DNA of 56,748 nucleotides, filler included, from Porpidia crustulata (Eukaryota): NCBI GenBank assembly GCA_964255105.1. It is 3 parts of 3 records of this genome, joined end to end, with 100 filler letters (N's around TTAATTAATTAA, not from the genome) between each part and the next. Parts side by side here need not be neighbours in the genome. Positions count along the whole stretch, not along the records: positions 37,933 to 56,748 come from CAXUWE010000167.1; 2 more parts are not named here. One strand, 5' to 3'. Shown piece by piece: positions 47,905 to 56,748 of this stretch (position 1 is its first letter; each line of letters starts with the position of its first letter). The notes under the pieces were generated by a model. It saw only the letters and a program-made list of their open reading frames with translations, ran no database searches and was not told where the DNA came from. The position numbers and the translations under genes were made by a program.

Positions 47905-50191
47905 CCTTATAGGTACTTTTCACCACCCGATGACCTTTGCAAGATGGTGCGAGCTTAGCCTCCACAAATCCGCACATGGAGTGTGTTTCTTTGCCGTAGG
48001 TGTTTGCACTCCATTGGATAGATTTCTCTCCTTGCCTTTTTTGAAAAGCAGAAGGGGGCTGTTAGGCGATTAGATAATTATCTAGTCCTCTTATCATTAT
48101 ATCGCAATACAATCATTCAAATAATTGAAAGTATCGATATCGGTAGCACTAGGGTTCGAACCCGCAAATGCCACCTGTGCAAATCTAAAATCCTTCAATC
48201 AACACAAACTCCAAGCACCGCTTTTACTCTCATCACCGTTTTCTCTCTCATCACTACGTATATGCTATTGAGATACAAGCAAATACGAGACTACCTGAGA
48301 CTAGATGCCGACGGTGCAACGGGCTGATGCAGTATCGACGTCTAGCTGCATTGACAAGCAGACGTGTTGCGTTGCAATGACTGCGAGAAGACCACGGCGT
48401 TCTTGACACGGCTCGGGGTCGAGATCCGAGAGCCTTGTGAGAAGTGAGAACATGCTTTGTACCTTTTCCGGACTACAGTGTTCTCATAATTGATGTTCGC
48501 ACACCTTACTATGAGAATTAAATCAGTTCGCTGTCAGACTACCCCACCGGTTCCCAACGCAAAGATGTGGACACGGCCGCTAGATACATCTCGGTCTATC
48601 TATCAATAGTCAAACCCGATCTCACGGTACTCGCCGAGCTCTTACCACTTTTGCGTCTTAGACATAGAGAAGAAAGCCGTTAGCCACGGAGCACTCAATT
48701 GATGCCCGTGTTCGGTAGCCTTTTCTGGTCTTCAGCGCATGTGTGGAGCGTCAAGCGCATTGCCAACTCATCAACGCATGCATTGCTGGTCAATATCGAA
48801 CTACGCCCGACTTCACTTGCCTGTCGTTCCAACACCTTACTGGACGTTTCGGCTCGAAGGGCCTTCTTCGATGGGGTGATCTAAGAGACTAAGATACATC
48901 ATGAACGATTGCACAAGGCTGGTTTCTTGGCCGCGTTCGGTGCGCTTATATTCAAGAGTTGGAGCGGAGCGTCGATTCTTTGGGGTGACCCCGGCTCCAG
49001 AATCGTCCATGCTCCTTGTTGCCAGCACTGTTCCTGGAAGATACTCCACGCTAGCCACGAAGCTGTATTCCACTGCGTCGGTCGCTGGAACTTTGAGTCC
49101 TAACGTCACTCAGGGTTCGCCTACTCAAGATTCTCCGCATTAGTGGAAGAGGTCCAAACATCACAGCAACCAGACACTCAGACGAAATTAGTATTTACGA
49201 CGATTGCGGGGTCTAGATACCGAAGTTTCCGATAATCTCCTAGGAGGACTTCATGTCGTCGAGCCAGAGAGCTGGTCCGCCACTGACGCGCATGTCTAGG
49301 GTGCAACGGACAGAGAAACACATGCGGAACCTGCAAGTCAGTCATCGCACTTGTATATCTGGATCGACGTTGGACATACATCCCGCAATTCTGCACTGTC
49401 CTGAGTTTTTCTTACTGGTAGAAATGTTCGCCAGCGCATCGTACCCCAACTTAGTCACTGAGCCGCGGACAAGGACTATGCTGCATCGATATTCTTCTGG
49501 TCCAATCCGTAACGACTGTAGATTTCTCCACCTTGGAATTGATGGTCAATTGAGAGCATTTGCATTGATATAAAGTTCCGCTGGAGTCGAGATTCCGAGA
49601 GCTTGGGTTTCCAACCTCCATTACAAATTTTCCGTTTAGTATTCGACCCTAACGGACACTATTCATATCAATTGGGTTTTCGTGTTGTCAACCTCTGAAC
49701 GCAGCCCTACCAAAGATCTAGTACCACCTCGTTGACCTTGTTTCCGTCAAGTCGGAGGATTGGGCATCAACGCCTCTATCAAAGCCAACCAGACACCTGT
49801 CGCGAGTGTGGCGCCTGTTCGTTCCAGGCTCATTCTGACACAATCTCCTACGGCGTTCCTGGCATATCGTCATGTTCTACATTCAGTACCTGTCCAGTCA
49901 GTCCCTCCCTCGGTTCTGCAGCCGATTGCTTCCAAACCTCCACAGTTACTCCATACTCCAAAATGACCGGAGCGCCCTCTTTCACATCCTTGAACTTAGG
50001 GCTTTCCCTGCATACACCAGCGTCTTTGGTCGTTTTCTATTGCCAATTTGGTCATACAACGTCTCTACAATGTTGACATGATTGAAAGAAAATGCAAAAT
50101 CCTGCATCCCGCCAACGACGCTCGAGTAGCCGTCTACCACGAGCGGCGCTTTGGATTTGGAGGACTATCCGCTAACAGGCGTATTATCTAG

Positions 50192-50622
50192 ATTTGTGTC
50201 GCCGACGCCAATGGCCCCAACCGATGTACCAGTCGTACGGCACTACTGCCGGTTACGCCTGTGTCGCACGTGTGAACAACCGCGAGTACCAGACGGACAT
50301 AGTCTACCAAAGCGAGCTTCTCGCCCGGGAAAATGCGGCAATGCGGGCCTACCTAATCTGCCAACATTTCTCTGTGAACGACGGAATGTATCCTTCGGGC
50401 CACAAGAGGGGAGCCGTTCGACAGGGACTCCCAGTGGCCATTGGAACGGAGCGACGCAGCATATACACTGAGGATCCTGATACCACTTCCAGTACCGGAA
50501 CCCGTAGCGGAGAGAGCAGTCCGAGAAGCTTTGACGGTATCACTACTGGTGCGAATGCTTACGAAGACAGCAAACGCGTTAGCCGTGGCAGTAGGGCTCC
50601 GAGGTATAGTCGCGAATACTAG
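50192..50622 (+). CDS. Double-stranded RNA-binding-fold (dsRBD-like) protein, last exon; 5' exon not located
   Basis: Acceptor TAG ending at 50191; LCRRRQWPQPMY..YACVARVNNREY..ARENAAMRAY fits the dsRBD alpha-beta-beta-beta-alpha pattern. Confidence 0.6.
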
Positions 50623-51365
50623 GGCAATGCAGACACAACCATGTCGAAGCAATTATCTACTCAACAGATACAGCATTTACCCTTTGGCTCTCACCACGCC
50701 ATCCCGGCTCTCACCGCTATGAATTTACGACAGTCATGATCTAGACGAGCCCCATCACCAAAACGAATCACGAGGAACTTACGAAACTATTTCATTCTGT
50801 CCCAAGCGTCGCATGACTCATTCCTGTCGTGTCACTGTATACAAGGCATACGGCGGACTAGATGCTTCTACATTCTCCATAGCATAGCGTTGGTTTACTT
50901 GGTCGACATAGAGCTTACGCTCAGGACTTGTAATTATCATCCAAGATTTAATGAATAGAAATTTCTAGAGCACTTCCCGGGGGCTTTTACCATGGATCTT
51001 CGGTTGGTGCACATAGTATACTACTTGGGATGACGGCTTTTAACGTTCACAGGTATTTTGTAGTACTGGTAAGGTATGATAACGGATTTGCTTACTATTT
51101 GGGAGTGCAATGGCGCGTATCATGCTGTATAGACAGGGAGGAATCGCGCATTAGGTTATAGGATTCCTCAAAGTGATTTGGTGCCGGGTCTAGTTGCCTG
51201 TTATTGGACTGGGATCCTGATGACCTCATCTCCTGTCAATAAGCGGTTGGCCCGTCAATTCACTGCAGACTGGCAGAACCGCCTGGGGAGAGGCTCAAAA
51301 TTTTGATATGGTTGGCCTCTCGAGCGTAGCGTGCTTTACTGTAGCATACCCAATTCGCTACCGAC

Positions 51366-53114
51366 ATGCAGCGGCATTCTACACAATTGATCGCTTTCGT
51401 TAGATCACCAGTTCTACCAAAGTCACTACCACGTTACCTAGAGAATCCAGCTTATGATGGCCAGATTTCATTGCAGAAACAGCGGTGGAACGTTGGATGT
51501 CCGCAAAGTCGCAGGCATTTCAAATCAACAACCCATTCTGCGAATGAAAATCATACAGAAACTGCGAAAAACCTCAGCCAAAAGAGTCAAGAAGATGAGG
51601 AATCAGAAATAACCGAGACACTCGCACATGAGGAAATGGCGCAGACCAAAGCACCATGGCATCGAGAAGGCTCAGACTTGCCTCCTGTTGCACGACAGCG
51701 TTCGGCCGGTGCAATGATTAAGGGTACTCCAGATCTTACTTCTTTGTTGGCCGGCCGTTTACTAACCCGCCTCCAGGTAAACTTTTGACGACACCTTCCC
51801 GCCTGTTGAAACTCATATTACCCCTTACGACTGTTGACCAGAACTCCGACCGTAAAGATGTTGAACCTTTGGCACTTCTCGTGCACCCTCAACAACCGCT
51901 GTCCTACCTAGAACGTCTAATACAGTCCGAACTCCCTGCTACAAGAACTCCAAAAGGAGACAATAAGGTTCCTAACATACATTTCAAGGCAGAAGATTCG
52001 CAGCAGGATGAGGTTAAACCAAAATTCGAAACTAAGGAGGAAGAAGCAGAGGTGTCAAAGCAGCAGGAAGGAATACAAAATGATCTCGAGGAAACTCATT
52101 TTGACGGCCAAACGGAAAAAACAGGTAAATTGAATCGAGAAAAGGGCAGTAAACCCAGCGAATCAGGCTTGGGCGAAGGAGGGGTTGAGAGCTTCAGTGG
52201 GCTGGGTCATGAAGCTCCTTCATCACAGGAAGAGCGGCGGTTTGTACGCTGGTCTTCTTCTACTGAAATAGGAGACTTCATACGCGACGCGGCAAGAGGC
52301 AAGGAATTCGCTGTGGAGATCGAAGGTGCCCCCGAAGAGATTCGAGTAGCGGTGCCCTCTTTCAATGATAGAACACACTACTTGCGGATGAGGCTACGCA
52401 AGACCTCGACAAGACTAATGGATATGGCTAGTGTCAAGAATGAGTGCGACATAGCAGCACACCGAGGCGCACAGCGTGTGGCAATGGGTAAGTTATTTCC
52501 CGTAGTCCAATACTTTTAACTGTGAAAGCATTTGCGTCTTACGAGACGAGCTTCAGGATTACAAATTTTTTACATAACCCTAAAGCAATTATTTACTCAT
52601 GAGAAATCTTGCTAATTTCAGAACCAATACAGGAGGCGCAGGTCTGCTTGTCGGATATTGGTATGTAGTTTATCGGTTGACTTTTGAGACTGACCTGGGT
52701 TGGGACACGATGGAGCCAGTTACGGTAAGCTTGAGTGGTAATTTTTATACAGCATGTCTAAACGCTTGGCAGTATCTTGTCGGATTATCAACCCTGATCT
52801 GCGGTTATCTATGGTTCCTGTACCACAACCGAGAAGTCTCCTACCGGTCGGCGCTCAATCTCACTATAAGCCGCCGCCAGACCAAACTATATCAAAATAA
52901 AGGATTTGACATACAAAAATGGGAATCCCTGATAGAAGAAGGCAATGCTTTAAGAAAAGAGATCAAAGCAATCGCGCAGGAGTACGACGTTGACTGGGAT
53001 GAGACTATAGATGAGAAGGACGAAAAGGTTACCCATGCCTTGAAACAAGTACGAGACGAGAAAAAGGCAAAACGGGGAGAAACTGAAAACCAAGAGAATA
53101 AAGAAGATGACTAG
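51366..53114 (+). CDS. MCU: Mitochondrial calcium uniporter
   Basis: Mitochondrial-targeting-like N-terminus, LLVHPQQPLSYLERLIQ, VRWSSSTEIGDFIRDAA, VPSFNDRT, two TMs flanking the selectivity filter GWDTMEPVTY; introns. Confidence 0.92.
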
Positions 53115-53699
53115 CAATAACCTTCGGCCTTTAGGGCTCAAATTTGGTATCGTGAGCATTGCCGCCCATTGCTCATCGTTCTATGCAGAATTAATTACAA
53201 GTCATTGCATTGACAAAGTGGTATATTCCTTAGTTGCGACGCTGGTCGAAGATTTACATAGGTCGCCCGAGCAGGTTGGGGTACTATCCTAAGAGAATAA
53301 GACAGATACTGCCCCGGTCCTTCTGCTTTCTGCAAATATAAAGAATAGGCCAATGCGATACATCGTTGATGAGGCCTCATATGCACTGATCGACGATACC
53401 GCTTTTCGCTAAAGCTGTTCTACATTATCTTGGTGTGTCATGCATGTTTTAGTGTTTCCAAATCTAGCTGCCAAGTTGAATTTAGTCGCCGTGTCTTTCA
53501 TGCGTGTTCAGCTTGAAAGGATCAAGATTATTCATTTAGTACCATTACTGCTCAACGTTCTGATCCGAATTCGGGTTTTTGGGAAAGAGTACTTTGAGGA
53601 AACCCCGCTAGACGCCCGCATGGAGAAACAATGTGCCACCTCCATCTCCATCGACAATCTTTGGCCTATCCCAAACTTCATACATCGCCACCTTCGCTA

Positions 53700-54340
53700 G
53701 CTAGTAGACTATCTACACGACCGATAGTCGTTTCTTGCTGCGTCGTAGTAGACGGAAGGGGTATGTCCGGTTGCAGGGCTCATTGGCGCTGCGGACGAGC
53801 CTGGCAGAGTTGAGGTTTTAGTGGGACTGGAGGCTCAACTCATGGAAAGGGGGTCTCTACCCTCACCCGTAATGTCGTCTAGATTGTCATCGTCATGGAA
53901 GTTCCGCGAGGTTGCTTTGGCCTTGTTCCGATTATCCCGGTACCGGCAGACATGATAGAGCATCCATAGGATCACCCAATTGTCCCCATTCGGGGCTTGA
54001 CCCAAAGCATACCATCCCCTTGTGTCTTGGCTGGCATTGGTCCAAATCAACCGGACTATTCGACCAAACGCTCCCTCTGTGTATTGTGCTGCTGCGAATG
54101 GCGGAGGTTTATGAGCGTGTTCCGGCCTTAAGAGGGCGCGATTTTCCTTCATCTCGGTCTCGTACGCACGAATTGCTTCCTCCTAGGCCTTTTTAGCTCG
54201 ATCGTTTTCCCAGAATCCAGTTGAATGGTTACCTTCATCAACCAGTACAAAGCTTGGTGGTTTGGATCGTTGCTATTTAAATGCAATGCTTGAAGATATA
54301 CCCCTTTCGACGCGCTTTTGATCACCGGCGTGTATGCCAT
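53700..54340 (-). CDS. Small fungal hypothetical protein, multi-exon; 3' end uncertain
   Basis: Exon 1 MAYTPVIK..YWLMK, intron, exon with DNWVILWMLYHVCRYRDNRN. Confidence 0.5.
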
Positions 54341-56748
54341 GATACTTTCAATGGTCTCCCAAGATATTGACAATAGTACCAAATGAACTGGAGCGGCATG
54401 CAGGGTGTTGAAGAATTTCGAGAAAATGCTGCGTTAAGCGGATAATATTCTTTCCTCACTTCCGCGGCCACCAAGATTATATATCTTCGAATATACACAA
54501 GCTAAGTAAAGACCCGAGTCCACCCTATCCCAATACTTGACCCCGGGGTAGCAAACAATAGCTCAATAAGCTCGATTCTCCGCAAACACAGTATTTGTAC
54601 CTTTGAATTCACTTGAGCAAATTAGTTTCAGACAGGATGCAGCCGGGCAGGCGTTCCCGACGCAGGCAACTTCCAGAGAAAGGTAGCACGGCACTCCCGC
54701 TAACGCAGCACATTGGGCAGAGCTTTGACCTCAACAAATTCTGTCAGATATTGGGCTTTGTTAGATTGAAAGAGATTTCCTCCGTGGGAATTTCCGGTGT
54801 ATTTTGAAGCTGGTGGAGGCACTGCGACTTATGATATCCCCAAAGCAAGGTCCGGGGGTGCTGTTACCACAGCGCCAAGGCAGTCTCGCACAAATTGGTA
54901 TTACCGACTGCATCGCCGATATCGTTGAGCTTGGGCGAAAGGCCTGTGTGACATGTATGTCTCGGTTCGGCAACATTGTCCTTTGCAATGCGTCTGTCCG
55001 AATGGCACGCAGCATGTGGAGACAACTCCACTGCCATTCTTGGCAGGATATCATTCGTGAGGCACGGCATATGTCATGTTGAAACTGGAGCATCAGTGCA
55101 AATCTAACTTTGGCCGGGGCCTGTATAAGGTCACATGACAAGGCATTCATACTGTGCATATGATTTCCCACGACTGCCTGGATTAAACCAATTTCCAACC
55201 ATTGCAGCAGCGAAAACACAGCGTTGACTTGGGGAATCGTTGCGCCCACGTCATGTGTCTGTCACTATGCATGCAGCCGTGCATAACCGGTCTCACATGA
55301 GATGCTCTGCGATACATCATCGCGCTACAGGATGCTCTTAACCGCCATAAGGGAACAGATATCGCAATGCTATGCCCTAGGCAACACGATACTGCTGACA
55401 CTTTCGCCTACCGATCCCCACGTGAAGAGACTGCTGTAGTGAAAGAGCATTGGTTGCATTCTACTCGAAAATTTGCCACGGGTAGAAACACTTGATGCGT
55501 ATATATTTTGTCAGGATATGCTTGTTCCCACGTGTCTCGAGAGACTAGGAGAGCCTTGAAGGGTCTCAACAGCCATGCTTTCGGGTACCTACGGTCTGTT
55601 ACATGACAGAACGCATGTTGTAGCTCCCCCCTACATGTGGTCAGCAATGGAGCACAAACGCAGCATTGTATGCATCTGCGGCGGCTCGGGACGACTTTCG
55701 AGAAGAATGTCAGAGGATGCTCGACCTGCAGAGTCCTAGGTATACAGCCTGTAAAGAAATTTGAGGCCGGCACTGAGGACCAAATGTGATTTGCAGGAGG
55801 CCGGCGTCCCCGCACATACCATTGAGTAAGTGTTGTATCACCGGTACGTGCCTTGGGATCGTGATTTCATAGTGGCCGAATCGTCACTAGGGTTTGAGCC
55901 CAACGATATCATTCGACAACGGCCGTACCGCCGCTATCAACAGCCATGGAATACTACTTACGTTTGGTAAGGTCCTGGTGCTGTCTAAATAAGTCCCGCG
56001 CAACAAGATGTATTCACGTAGCTCAGGATACCCAGATACTCTAGAATAATTATAGTCTTCTTATTAGGTTGACAACAACCAAAGCCTGTACCAGATACTA
56101 CCGAAGCTTCGATATTGCGTCTTGTTCAGTGTGCCGGGCTGCAAAAGGTTATTGCAGCGCAGCGTAAGCGGCGACTCGATTCATACATCCCATACAATCG
56201 ATATCAACGACTGCCTAATCACTGGATTCGCACTGGCGTCTATGGATTATTCTTCAGCTATCTACATACCAGAGCAAGCTCCTCCGGGCGACTTGTAAGA
56301 AATGGTGGTGTTTCTCGATGAAGCTCTGCTCAGGCTACTTTTTGATCTTCGGACGCAAAAAGCTGATTTTAGGCCGGAATTCTCGCTCCTGTGTCCGAAT
56401 ATTAAGAAGTAGCTTGAGCGACTTGCGGGAAATTTCTTGCCATTTAGCCTCGTCTGGCTCCATAGAAGTTATGGCACCCTCGTCGCATTACTGCTGCCTC
56501 CCGCGTAGCATGAAAGAGGCTTGAGATAAAACTCGCGCGACGGTTAGTCGTTGTCACATGTCCCATCACGGCGGCTGATTCGGCCCTCGGGTCTGGTTCT
56601 CGCCGACTTCAGAGATCTGCAAGGAAGCGATAAAGGAGTAGAGGAGAACCAAATCTCCTGTGCTTCCGGAATCTTCGATCGTGGTAGCTTGAGGTGCTGG
56701 GTTCTCGCTTGTAAGGGCGCACCGTGCAAGATTCCACTGATGATGTCC

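Noticed and set aside
48100..50100. Short ORFs upstream of the dsRBD exon
   Set aside because: No recognisable motifs; probably UTR, intron or intergenic sequence. The first exon could not be identified.

Overview
Intron-containing DNA from a filamentous ascomycete (Pezizomycotina-type genes and GT-AG introns with CTAAC/CTGAC branch sites). It is a scaffold with three 100-nt gaps, two of which carry an artificial TTAATTAATTAA linker. Left part (1-18.9 kb), accessory: an F-box gene, a DUF2235 hydrolase, and a decayed secondary-metabolite cluster (Myb transcription factor pseudogene, intact 2OG-Fe(II) dioxygenase, P450 pseudogene, methylating non-reducing PKS pseudogene). One deletion appears to have removed the 5' halves of both the P450 and the PKS. 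Middle: between the conserved genes ZRG17 and a PIG-Y-domain gene/DUG3 lies an intact, divergently transcribed pair. One gene is a full-length ABCB/MDR exporter. The other is an unusual ~1,600-aa multidomain enzyme: carnitine/choline acyltransferase-like domain + Ntn-type isoaspartyl peptidase/asparaginase + two HIT-like domains + AsnRS-like catalytic domain with no anticodon-binding domain. This pair is the best candidate for an undescribed system, possibly a non-NRPS aspartyl-adenylate/amide-forming pathway with export; that function is inferred, not shown. Right part: mostly conserved housekeeping genes (ETP1/BRAP2, polyubiquitin, Zn-cluster-like TF, RAM1, dsRBD protein, MCU). All family calls come from manual motif recognition; no database searches were run.
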